DNA of 64,000 nucleotides from Minisyncoccia bacterium (GTDB lineage: Bacteria > Patescibacteriota > Minisyncoccia > Phycocordibacterales > CAIZLB01), in assembly GCA_041752275.1 (NCBI GenBank), contig JBGSHK010000008.1:2641-66640 (forward strand). The letters are read 5' to 3'. Positions 50,159 to 58,155 of this stretch are shown here, in pieces. The notes under the pieces were generated by a model. The model was not told the DNA's origin. It ran no database searches and saw only the letters and a program-made list of their open reading frames with translations. The position numbers and the translations under genes were made by a program. How positions within the stretch are numbered: position 1 is the first letter of the stretch; each line of letters opens with the position of its first letter.

Positions 50159-50611
50159 TTATTTTACATCAATATCAAAATGATACACATCATTCTTATC
50201 TCCTAAAGATTCATATAGTTTGATTGCAGGCTCATCTACTTTGTCTGCTTGCACATATATAACATGTGCATCTTTTTCTTTAGCTATATCCTTAAGTTTT
50301 AAGATTAAATTTGTGGCAACACCTTTTTTCCTATTTTCTTCGTTCACTCCTAAGTCATAGATATATATTTCTCTCCGATCTTGTTCAAACTTTTCTAACA
50401 CATAAGCAACTAAACCGCCAACAATTTTGTTATCACATAATGCAACAACTGCTATAAAATCTTGTTTTGAAAGAATTTTTTGTAAATATTTGTCTGATGG
50501 AACATTGTCTTGATAGGTAGAAATATCATCAAATGCATTTCCAAAAACAAATAATAGTTGTTTTAGGTTTTCAATATCTGAAGATAGAAGTTGTTTGTAT
50601 GTGTAATTCAT
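50159..50611 (-). CDS. GNAT N-acetyltransferase, aminoglycoside 3-N-acetyltransferase AAC(3)-I-like
   Basis: DDISTYQDNVPSDKYL...IVGGLVAYVLEKFEQDRREIYIYDLGV..RKKGVATNLILKLKD...HVIYVQAD..DEPAIKLY...HFDID matches my recollection of AAC(3)-Ia block by block. Low GC like the host. Confidence 0.7.
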   Translation of the reverse strand: MNYTYKQLLSSDIENLKQLLFVFGNAFDDISTYQDNVPSDKYLQKILSKQDFIAVVALCDNKIVGGLVAYVLEKFEQDRREIYIYDLGVNEENRKKGVATNLILKLKDIAKEKDAHVIYVQADKVDEPAIKLYESLGDKNDVYHFDIDVK

Positions 50612-50656
50612 ATGTATATGATATCAAAAAAATGAAGAATTTGTTAAAATTATTAC

Positions 50657-50908
50657 ATGACTATAAAACGGATTTCTGGTGGTACGGTACATAAAATACC
50701 TATAGATGTAAAAAAGATTTTAATTTCAAAACCTGAATTTTATGAAATCTGGGAAGATATTACTCCATTGTCTCGCAATGAATTTATATGTTGGATAGAA
50801 GATACTAAGAATGTTGAAACAAGACAAAGAAGAATAAATATCATGTTAGATAAATTTAAAAAAGGGCAAAGAAGACCATGTTGTTGGGCAGGTTGTAAAC
50901 ACAGGTAA
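50657..50908 (+). CDS. YdeI/OmpD-associated-like small protein
   Basis: 83 aa; ...LSRNEFICWIEDTKNVETRQRRI..L pattern; Cys-rich tail. Confidence 0.35.
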   Translation: MTIKRISGGTVHKIPIDVKKILISKPEFYEIWEDITPLSRNEFICWIEDTKNVETRQRRINIMLDKFKKGQRRPCCWAGCKHR

Positions 50909-50952
50909 ACTAAATATAGTTTTTTATATATCGATTAGATATAATAGTAAAG

Positions 50953-51387
50953 ATGGCTAATCAAATACAAAAAATACAAAGCACTTTTAAATACGCTATG
51001 GAAAATCGTCCCAAAATAGGAGGTTTTCCTTTTCTTGCAGAATGTATGAGGCAATCTGGTGTAAGTTACAATATATGGTCATTACCAAGTGCTCAGAGTA
51101 TATATGTTATGGATGAGGGAAGTGTTGTACAGCAAGGAAATCCTTTAGTGTCAGGTTTAGTTGATATTGCTGTATTTGATCAAGAGTCTCTTGTTAAAGC
51201 TATTAGAAAAGATCAAATAGGGGAAAGTACTTTCGATGAATTTTTAAAATCCTGCTGGGAGGCTGGGGTTGTGCGATATGTTGTAGATTTTGAAAAAAGA
51301 ATGGTTAGTTATTTTGGTGTTAATGAAGAAAGTTATGAAGAGGAATATGGTGGGGTGGAGATTGGAGTAGTTTCAAGCTTACAATAA
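50953..51387 (+). CDS. DUF1398-family protein
   Basis: GGFPFLAECMRQSGV.SY...DEGSVV...ESLVKAIRKDQ.GESTFDEFL...EAGVVRYVVDFEKRMVSYFG follows the DUF1398 (YbcV-like) pattern. Confidence 0.55.
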   Translation: MANQIQKIQSTFKYAMENRPKIGGFPFLAECMRQSGVSYNIWSLPSAQSIYVMDEGSVVQQGNPLVSGLVDIAVFDQESLVKAIRKDQIGESTFDEFLKSCWEAGVVRYVVDFEKRMVSYFGVNEESYEEEYGGVEIGVVSSLQ

Positions 51388-51395
51388 GGTAAAGA

Positions 51396-51428
51396 AAAAC
51401 CACCCTATGGAATAAGGTGATTTTGTTG
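51396..51428. terminator. bidirectional terminator T1 (CACCCTAYRGAATAAGGTG), copy 1 of 3
   Basis: aaaaccaccctatggaataaggtgatttt; near-identical hairpins at ~53693-53725 and ~54376-54405. Confidence 0.6.
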
Positions 51429-51435
51429 GATCTGT

Positions 51436-51466
51436 GCATGGGAGGATGTTCGAACCTTGTTGGTGC
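51436..51466. repeat. E element (catgggaggatgttcgaaccttgttg), copy 1
   Basis: Repeats at ~52676-52716 (near-identical) and ~54406-54440 (diverged: ggttgagggatgttagaacctatttg). Confidence 0.55.
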
Positions 51467-51631
51467 AAAAATAAACCGCCATACCTTTCGGACGGACGGT
51501 TTTTGCTTTAGCTGATGTTGCCAGCGCGGGATAGTTAGTCCACAGTATCAATGTCAACAGTACCTTCTTTGTCGTAAATACTGTCGGGAACTGTACATAT
51601 GTTCGTGACAGGTTTCTGCTCAACGATACTG

Positions 51632-52147
51632 TTAGGGACGGAGGGTAGTTTGTGCCACCACCCCCCATCCTTCTTGCGGAACTGAAGAGTACCCCCAAAA
51701 GGTGTCGTTCTGCTCGGTTGGAACTGCAGGAATGTACCAGCCGATCTGATTCGTCCTGCCACCTAGTGATGAGCGACACCCTTCGGAGTCGATGTCACTG
51801 ATATCTTTATTGCCAATCCTTGCAGCACATGGTGCACAAAGCAAGGATTGGTGGTCGAGAAACGTTTGGTACTCTCGCCAGAGTTTTACCCCACGTGCAC
51901 CACACAGACAGCATCTGTAGCTTGCAGGTGCGGTGATCATGGAATAATTTACCGGTTGTGAAGGATTGACTATAGGGTCATATGGAGATCCTTCTCCAAA
52001 CATTTCCCGAGCAAGTCGAAGGGCCTTGGCCGGACCCCTTTCTCCATTAAATGACATCGAAGGTTTTTTACCTCTCGAACGTTTCCATATTGCATGCCCT
52101 ATAACGAAAGGAGCACTACCGGGTAAAAAACGAAGGAACTTTTTCAT
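51632..52147 (-). CDS. hypothetical Cys-rich protein (island gene 1)
   Basis: 171-aa ORF with GC ~50%, preceded by the duplicated TTGACA...TTATCTTAA promoter/leader module. Its 3' part overlaps alternative-frame ORF 51535..51762, which ends next to the terminator, so the C-terminus is uncertain. Confidence 0.45.
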   Translation of the reverse strand: MKKFLRFLPGSAPFVIGHAIWKRSRGKKPSMSFNGERGPAKALRLAREMFGEGSPYDPIVNPSQPVNYSMITAPASYRCCLCGARGVKLWREYQTFLDHQSLLCAPCAARIGNKDISDIDSEGCRSSLGGRTNQIGWYIPAVPTEQNDTFWGYSSVPQEGWGVVAQTTLRP

Positions 52148-52159
52148 GATTTATTGTTT

Positions 52160-52222
52160 GTTGTTGGTTGTGAAAAGTAAAAGTGCTACCGTTAAGATAA
52201 CACTTTTTATATATTTGTCAAC
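52160..52222 (-). promoter_or_regulatory. promoter/leader module copy 1 (minus strand: TTGACAaatatataaaaagtgTTATCTTAAcGGTAGCACTTTTAC...)
   Basis: ~55 nt conserved with the copy at 52610-52670, including the -35 TTGACA and a -10-like TTATCTTAA/TTATCGTAA. Confidence 0.5.
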
Positions 52223-52223
52223 A

Positions 52224-52298
52224 ATACTCCTCGAGTTACCTTTTTACCGAACTAGGGGAGTGGTTTAGATTGTTGAAGAGGAATGGGTTTAGATTTAT
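52224..52298. repeat. R element (~70 nt) copy 1
   Basis: ctcctcgagttacctttttaccgaactaggggagtggtttagattgttgaagaggaatgggtttag; second copy at ~53727-53800 with ~8 substitutions. Confidence 0.6.
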
Positions 52299-52300
52299 AT

Positions 52301-52338
52301 AAAATGAAAATCCCGTCAGCTTTACCTGTGACGGGAGG
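52301..52338 (-). terminator. rho-independent terminator for the 80-aa gene
   Basis: Minus strand: cccgtcacaggtaaagctgacggg followed by attttcatttt. Confidence 0.6.
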
Positions 52339-52352
52339 GGTATTCAATGTTT

Positions 52353-52595
52353 CTATGATGAAATTTGTGGTTTTGATATTTCATCCCAAGATGCTTCGTA
52401 ATCAAAGGATATTGACACGTTAACCCCGTTAGAATTTAAGAATTTTCCCGTGATGTGTAGTTCAGGGTAGTCTCCTGATGCATTATCCTCAAGAATTTCA
52501 CTATCATTATTGGGGACATTTGATTTTCCTTCGGCAGTAAGAATAACGAATATCCTATGCCAGAGTTCCTTGTTTTTGTGTTCTTGAACTTTCAT
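52353..52595 (-). CDS. hypothetical small acidic protein (island gene 2)
   Basis: 80-aa ORF between terminator T3 and promoter/leader module copy 2. Confidence 0.45.
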   Translation of the reverse strand: MKVQEHKNKELWHRIFVILTAEGKSNVPNNDSEILEDNASGDYPELHITGKFLNSNGVNVSISFDYEASWDEISKPQISS

Positions 52596-52609
52596 ATTTT
52601 GTTGTTACA

Positions 52610-52670
52610 GTTGATTGCAGTCAGTAAAAAGTGCTACCTATTACGATAACACTTTTTACGTATTTGTCAA
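52610..52670 (-). promoter_or_regulatory. promoter/leader module copy 2
   Basis: Minus strand: TTGACAaatacgtaaaaagtgTTATCGTAAtaGGTAGCACTTTTTAC. Confidence 0.5.
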
Positions 52671-52721
52671 CACTTGCTCCGCGCATGGGAGGATGTTCGA
52701 ACCTTGTTGTGCAAATGAAAA

Positions 52722-52765
52722 CCACCCCTGGCACGAATGGTTCCGTGCAGGGGCGGTGGTTGGTA
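52722..52765 (-). terminator. rho-independent terminator for island gene 3
   Basis: Minus strand: ccccTGCACGGaaccattCGTGCCAgggg followed by tggtttt. Confidence 0.6.
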
Positions 52766-52788
52766 GCAAGAGTTTATCCAGTTATCAG

Positions 52789-53253
52789 CTAACCTCGAAG
52801 GTCGATCTGGTTATAGCCCTTCTTTCTCATCTCAACATAGATAGGGAGAAGCAGCATGAGTAGTCTGTGGTTTGCTTCATCTTTGCTTTCTGTCGTATCA
52901 AGGTACACTGTATTGATTGCCTCGGAGATCGTAGGCATTGGGATGCCCAACCTCTCAATCGTACCGTCAAGTATCTGATAGAACTCGGCACCTGTTTGTC
53001 CTAGGCGCAATTCTGAATTGAAATAGTGTTTCCTGTCTTCTTCGGATATTGTATCCCTGAAAACTTTATCCCATCCGCCATTTTCTCGCATTAGGGTGCG
53101 ATATGTACCCTCCGAGTTGCCCGTAGGAACAGGTACATCGCCCAAAGGGAAGTGCTGATGGAAATTGTTGATAATATTGTTGCGTGCGATGGACCACCCT
53201 TCGCTTGCGTCAATTTTTGATTCAGATTCATCGTATGGTTGTTCGTTTTGCAT
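52789..53253 (-). CDS. hypothetical protein (island gene 3)
   Basis: Start moved to the second ATG, which has a perfect AAAGGAGGT 5 nt upstream. No own promoter: the gene begins ~35 nt after the DUF1059 gene's terminator. Confidence 0.5.
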   Translation of the reverse strand: MQNEQPYDESESKIDASEGWSIARNNIINNFHQHFPLGDVPVPTGNSEGTYRTLMRENGGWDKVFRDTISEEDRKHYFNSELRLGQTGAEFYQILDGTIERLGIPMPTISEAINTVYLDTTESKDEANHRLLMLLLPIYVEMRKKGYNQIDLRG

Positions 53254-53293
53254 TTTACCTCCTTTCAAGGGCTGGTTAAGTTGATTGAAACTA

Positions 53294-53330
53294 AAAAGAA
53301 CACGACATATTTATATCACGTTCTTTTTAA
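53294..53330. terminator. bidirectional hairpin aaaaagaacacgacatatttatatcacgttcttttt
   Basis: 11-bp stem with a mismatch, flanked by A-run and T-run. Confidence 0.55.
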
Positions 53331-53392
53331 TTTGTCTAATTAGCTCCTTCTAGTACACGAGTTCAGAACTTTAAATTGGAGGAATATTCAAT

Positions 53393-53620
53393 CTAAACTT
53401 GTGAATTTTCAACTTCTTTAACCTCTTCTTCGGACACATCTTCTGGTGCCATTTCAAATCTAGCTTTATTGTCAGCCATCCATTTTTCCATATCTCCATT
53501 AGGGTCATTCATTACTTCAGGGTGTGCTTGCATGTAGTGAGGTTGAAGATTTGTCATCCATTCTTCAAAAGTATTACCTTGGGCAGTTACTTCACATAAA
53601 TCACATTTAAGAGTTTTCAT
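53393..53620 (-). CDS. DUF1059-family small protein (island gene 4)
   Basis: 75 aa; MKTLKCDLCEVTAQGNTFEEWMTNLQPHYMQAHPEVM pattern as in DUF1059. Confidence 0.5.
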   Translation of the reverse strand: MKTLKCDLCEVTAQGNTFEEWMTNLQPHYMQAHPEVMNDPNGDMEKWMADNKARFEMAPEDVSEEEVKEVENSQV

Positions 53621-53692
53621 AATATTTTTTTTATTTAAAATTTAATTAATAATTTATATTATAGCACAAGTTCTGAACACTGTTTGGGTAAC

Positions 53693-53800
53693 CAAAATCA
53701 CCCTACAGAATAAGGTGATTTTAATGGCTCCCGAGTTACCTTTTTACCGAACTGGGGGAGTGGTGTAGGTTGTTGAAGAGGAATGGGTTTAGGTTTGTAT
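53693..53800. repeat. T1 terminator copy 2 fused to R element copy 2
   Basis: aaaatcaccctacagaataaggtgatttt immediately followed by ggctcccgagttacctttttaccgaactgggggagtggtgtaggttgttgaagaggaatgggtttagg. Confidence 0.6.
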
Positions 53801-53873
53801 AAAAGAAAAAGAACCCAGCAACTTTAGAAAGTACATCTAGATTCATCTTTTTGGTTTATATACCGAGATTTGA

Positions 53874-54281
53874 TCAATGATCAGGATAGAACATTGGAAT
53901 TTGTCCCTCGAAGACCTCCTGGAGATAAAGGTTGAGGAGGATTCGTTGTGCACCTCTACCAAAATCATCTCCACTCGACAAGTGTCCAGGGTCTTTCAGA
54001 GATCCGATATTACGAATCCTATCAGAGATGTTTTTCCAGATTTGTTCCGTCTGTCCACCAGATTTTGTCCCCGTGATGGTGATCGAGCAAGAGCAAGATA
54101 CACCCTTGGAATCAGTTATCGATTCACTGGTATTAATGTTGACTCCGACGAGGTGTGGTTGGATCAGTGAATCAGGAGTACTGAACTCTTCAGCAATGAT
54201 TTGTTGCAATTCAGCACGAGCATCTTCGAGATGTGTGCGATTTCCGAACTCACTCGTATAAGCGATGTTTATGGTTGACAT
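53874..54281 (-). CDS. hypothetical protein (island gene 5); TGA stop
   Basis: 135-aa ORF with no recognisable family; GC ~47%. Confidence 0.45.
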   Translation of the reverse strand: MSTINIAYTSEFGNRTHLEDARAELQQIIAEEFSTPDSLIQPHLVGVNINTSESITDSKGVSCSCSITITGTKSGGQTEQIWKNISDRIRNIGSLKDPGHLSSGDDFGRGAQRILLNLYLQEVFEGQIPMFYPDH

Positions 54282-54375
54282 GGTGGTTGTTTTCTGTTGA
54301 ATGATTAACTTATGTATAATATAATATTAGTATTAAAAAGTCAAATATAATAAAGATATAATAGAAAAATAACCT

Positions 54376-54440
54376 TACAAAATAAGGCTACTTTTGATTT
54401 GCTCCGCGGGTTGAGGGATGTTAGAACCTATTTGATTAAT
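54376..54440. repeat. T1-like hairpin copy 3 plus diverged E element copy 3
   Basis: aaccttacaaaataaggctacttttgatttgctccgcgggttgagggatgttagaacc. Confidence 0.45.
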
Positions 54441-54528
54441 ACATAATGAAGGTATTTATACTTATAAATATTAATAAAGAAGATATAATAGCAAAAATAT
54501 CTAATGGGTGGTAAAATATCATCTAATA

Positions 54529-56958
54529 ATGGCAATTAAAAAATCACAACTATATAGTTCTATTTGGCAAGGGTGTGATGAGCTCCGAGGTGGAATGGAT
54601 GCCTCACAATATAAAGATTACGTACTTGTTCTTTTGTTTATACGTTATGTTTCAGATAAATACTCAGGTAAAGTAGATTCATTGGTTGAAATTCCAGCGG
54701 GTGGTAGTTTTGCAGATCTTGCCAGTTTGAAAGGAAAATCACATATTGGAGATGGTATCAATAAAGTTCTTGCAAAACTTGCTGAGGCTAATGGACTGCA
54801 AGGTGTTATTGATGCAGTTGATTTTAATGACGAAGAAAAGCTTGGTAAAGGTAAGGATATGCAAGATAGACTTTCAAACCTTATTGCTATTTTTGAAAAT
54901 CCTGATTTAGATTTTAGTAAAAACAAAGCTGAGGGCGACGATCTACTTGGCGATGCATATGAGTACCTTATGAAGCATTTTGCTGTTGAGTCTGGTAAAA
55001 GCAAAGGACAGTTTTATACTCCGGCAGAAGTTTCCCGAATTGTAGCTAAAGTTATTGAAGCAAATAAAGCTGACAGTGGTATGCATACAGTGTATGACCC
55101 TGCCTGTGGTAGTGGTTCATTGCTTTTGAAAGTCGCAGAGGAAGCAAAGAAAATTTCTATTTATGGACAAGAGCTTGATACTGCAACCGCAGGACTTGCA
55201 ACACTTAACATGTGGCTACATAACAAACCTGAAGCTGAAATAAGAAAAGGGCAAAGCACACTCTCCACACCGCTCTTTATAGAACATGGATCTCTCAAGA
55301 CGTTTGATTATGTTGTAGCTAATCCACCCTTTTCTTACAAATCATGGCGTAACGGTTTTGAACCAGAACACGATCAGTACGATCGTTTTGACGGTTTTGG
55401 TATTCCTCCAAAAAAGAAAGGAGACTTTGCCTTTCTTTTGCATATTTTGAAATCACTTAAAAGCACAGGGACAGGTGCAGTCATCCTTCCGCACGGTGTT
55501 TTATTCCGTGGAAATGTAGAAGCTGAAATTCGTAAGAACATTATTGAAAGAGGATATATCAAAGGAATAATTGGATTACCAGCAAACCTTTTCTACGGAA
55601 CAGGAATATCTGCCTGCATTATCGTGTTAGACAAAGCAACTGCCACTACACGCAAAGGCATCTTCATGGTAGATGCCTCAAAAGGATTTATTAAAGATGG
55701 AAATAAGAATCGTCTTCGTGAGCGGGATATTCGCAAGATTGTAGATACGTGGACAGACAAGCTGGAGACTTCAAGGTTTTCCCGCTTTGTTACAAATGAA
55801 GAAATTAAGAAGAATGATTATAACCTCAACCTTCCGAGATATATTGATGCTCAAGAAATAGAGGATATTCAAGATATCGAAGCACATCTTAAGGGTGGAA
55901 TTCCTGAAGCTGATATTGAAATCCTTTCTCCCTATTGGAAAATCTGTTCAACCCTGAAACATTCACTTTTTAAAGCCAATGGCCGTAAAGGTTATAGTGA
56001 GATAAAGATTGCACCCGATGAAGTTAAGAAGACGATTCTTGGTCATGCTGAATTTGAGACATTCAGAAAAGATGTGTTGTTACATTTTGCAAAATGGCAA
56101 ACTCCAATCACCTCATATTTGAAGGGTATTTCTGTTACAGATCATCCAAAAGCGATTATTGAAAAAATATCCGATAGTCTACTTGAAAAATTTGCTGATC
56201 TTACACTGATTGATAAATATGATATTTATCAACACCTTATGTCATATTGGGAAGAAATAATGCAGGATGATACACATATCGTAACAGTTGAAGGTTGGAA
56301 ATCGGGAAATGAAATAGTTCGATTGCAAAAAGAGAATAAAGGAAAGAAAAAAGATATTGATGGCCTTGTCGGTCTTGAAGGTAGACTTATTCCTACATCT
56401 CTTATCATTAAGACTTATTTTGAAAAGGAACAAAAAGTAATTTATGGATTGAATTCTGCGCTTGAACAGGTGGGTGTAGACATGGATACTCTCAAAGATG
56501 AACATGGTGGAGACGAAGGTCTGCTTTCTGAGGTGATTGATAATGACAAGATCAGCAAGGTAAGTGTTTTGAAAAGAATCAAAGAAATCAAGCATAGCAA
56601 TGATGATACTGATGAACTCGCGGTCCTAGAAAAATATACTGTCCTATTTGAAAAGGAATTTGATACTAAAAAAACAATCAAAGACGCCCTTATAGATATT
56701 GAAAAGAAGGTCCTTAAAAAGTACCCGACACTTTCTATCGATGAGGTAAAAACACTTGTCGTTGAAGATAAGTGGATGAATGAACTCTCTACTCGCATAC
56801 TCGGCGAAGTTGATAGATTGTCCCAGACTCTTGCTGGCCGTGTAAAAGAGCTTGCGGAGAGATATGTAAAACCAATGCCTAAGATTGTGGAAGAGGTTGA
56901 AGATTTAAAAAATAAAGTCGAAAGACATCTGAAAAAGATGGGATTTGATATTAAATAA
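54529..56958 (+). CDS. hsdM: type I restriction-modification system DNA methyltransferase subunit HsdM (long form with ~300-aa C-terminal extension)
   Basis: N6-adenine methyltransferase motifs (DPACGSGS motif I; VVANPPFS motif IV), HsdM N-terminal domain, coiled-coil-rich C-terminal extension. ATG at 54529 preferred over GTG at 54508. Confidence 0.85.
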   Translation: MAIKKSQLYSSIWQGCDELRGGMDASQYKDYVLVLLFIRYVSDKYSGKVDSLVEIPAGGSFADLASLKGKSHIGDGINKVLAKLAEANGLQGVIDAVDFNDEEKLGKGKDMQDRLSNLIAIFENPDLDFSKNKAEGDDLLGDAYEYLMKHFAVESGKSKGQFYTPAEVSRIVAKVIEANKADSGMHTVYDPACGSGSLLLKVAEEAKKISIYGQELDTATAGLATLNMWLHNKPEAEIRKGQSTLSTPLFIEHGSLKTFDYVVANPPFSYKSWRNGFEPEHDQYDRFDGFGIPPKKKGDFAFLLHILKSLKSTGTGAVILPHGVLFRGNVEAEIRKNIIERGYIKGIIGLPANLFYGTGISACIIVLDKATATTRKGIFMVDASKGFIKDGNKNRLRERDIRKIVDTWTDKLETSRFSRFVTNEEIKKNDYNLNLPRYIDAQEIEDIQDIEAHLKGGIPEADIEILSPYWKICSTLKHSLFKANGRKGYSEIKIAPDEVKKTILGHAEFETFRKDVLLHFAKWQTPITSYLKGISVTDHPKAIIEKISDSLLEKFADLTLIDKYDIYQHLMSYWEEIMQDDTHIVTVEGWKSGNEIVRLQKENKGKKKDIDGLVGLEGRLIPTSLIIKTYFEKEQKVIYGLNSALEQVGVDMDTLKDEHGGDEGLLSEVIDNDKISKVSVLKRIKEIKHSNDDTDELAVLEKYTVLFEKEFDTKKTIKDALIDIEKKVLKKYPTLSIDEVKTLVVEDKWMNELSTRILGEVDRLSQTLAGRVKELAERYVKPMPKIVEEVEDLKNKVERHLKKMGFDIK

Positions 56959-56963
56959 ACTTT

Positions 56964-58151
56964 ATGACAAGTGTAATCAAAACAATTCCAAAGGGATACA
57001 AACAAACTGAAATCGGGGTTGTTCCTACTGATTGGGATGTCCAACCAATAAGTTATATTGCAAAGGTTACAACAGGGTCTAAAAACACTCAGGACAAAAT
57101 CGATACTGGCCTCTACCCATTCTTTGTGCGATCCCAAGTAGTTGAGAGGATAAATAGTTATTCTTATAACGGTGAAGCTATTCTAACTGCTGGAGACGGT
57201 GTTGGTACCGGTAAGGTTTTTCATTACATAAATGGTAAGTTTGATATCCATCAGAGAGTTTACAAAATCAGTGACTTCTCTAGTGATATAAATGGATATT
57301 ATTTCTACTTGTATTTTAGTAATAATTTCTATAAAAGAATTATGCAGATGACCGCAAAATCATCTGTCGATTCAGTTCGAATGGAAATGATTGCTGACAT
57401 GCAAATCCCTTTACCTAGTAAGACTGAACAGGTATCCATTACTAAAGCGCTCTCCGATATCAGTACTCTAATCCAAAAGACAGAAAGTCTGATTGAAAAG
57501 AAGAGGGTTATTAAACAAGGTGCAATGCAGGAATTACTTACGGGAAAAAGAAGACTGTCTGGTTTTAGTGGTGATTGGGATTATAAAAGACTTGGTGATA
57601 TCACAGACATGTCGTCGGGTGGAACACCGTTATCAAGTAATCCGGTTTATTATGGTGGGTGGATACCTTGGGTTGTAATTGCTGATATGACCAGAATAAC
57701 TAAATATCTTTTTGATACAGAAAAAAAGATCACAAACAAAGGACTTGAAAATAGTTCAGCAAAATTATTTCCTGCAGGAACACTGCTTTTTGCTATGTAT
57801 GCATCAATAGGAAAGTGTTCAATTACTAAAGTTGATGTAAGTTGTAATCAAGCTATTTTAGGAATCAATACAAAAAAGATTGATATAGAATTTTTATATT
57901 ATTATTTGTCATTTAATGAGCAGAAGTTTTTGCAAATGGGTCAATCAGGAACACAAAATAATCTGAACAAAGAAATAGTTGAGAATTTCTCGATACCCTA
58001 TCCTCAAATACCGGAGCAAACCGCCATTGCTACCATCCTCTCCGATATGGATACCGAAATAGAAAAGCTTGAATCGGAAATGATAAAATGGAAAGATATA
58101 AAGCAAGGGATGGTGCAAACATTATTAACAGGTAAAATAAGATTAATCTAA
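56964..58151 (+). CDS. hsdS: type I RM specificity subunit HsdS
   Basis: Two target-recognition domains separated by and ending in conserved helical spacers (LLTGKRRL ... LLTGKIRL). Confidence 0.85.
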   Translation: MTSVIKTIPKGYKQTEIGVVPTDWDVQPISYIAKVTTGSKNTQDKIDTGLYPFFVRSQVVERINSYSYNGEAILTAGDGVGTGKVFHYINGKFDIHQRVYKISDFSSDINGYYFYLYFSNNFYKRIMQMTAKSSVDSVRMEMIADMQIPLPSKTEQVSITKALSDISTLIQKTESLIEKKRVIKQGAMQELLTGKRRLSGFSGDWDYKRLGDITDMSSGGTPLSSNPVYYGGWIPWVVIADMTRITKYLFDTEKKITNKGLENSSAKLFPAGTLLFAMYASIGKCSITKVDVSCNQAILGINTKKIDIEFLYYYLSFNEQKFLQMGQSGTQNNLNKEIVENFSIPYPQIPEQTAIATILSDMDTEIEKLESEMIKWKDIKQGMVQTLLTGKIRLI

Positions 58152-58155
58152 TAAT

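Noticed and set aside
51436-51466. tRNA or tRNA fragment suggested by the GGTTCGAAC-like sequence in the E element
   Set aside because: No orientation gives a T-stem that pairs, and there is no acceptor stem or CCA context. No other tRNA-like cloverleaf was found in the window by eye.
51405-51779. 124-aa ORF 51405..51779(-)
   Set aside because: It spans two terminator hairpins and the E repeat, has low-complexity Gly/Arg-rich content, and conflicts with the better-supported gene and terminator layout.
52224-53800. Diversity-generating retroelement (template/variable repeat) explanation for the two R-element copies, which differ mainly by A-to-G changes
   Set aside because: There is no reverse transcriptase gene in the window, both copies are intergenic rather than at the 3' end of a target ORF, and at least one difference is not at an A position.
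51390-54500. Integron cassette array (prompted by the adjacent AAC(3)-I-like gene and cassette-like organisation)
   Set aside because: No intI integrase or attI site is present, the repeats lack attC core/inverse-core symmetry (GTTRRRY), and the genes carry their own promoters. The AAC gene also lies outside the higher-GC array.
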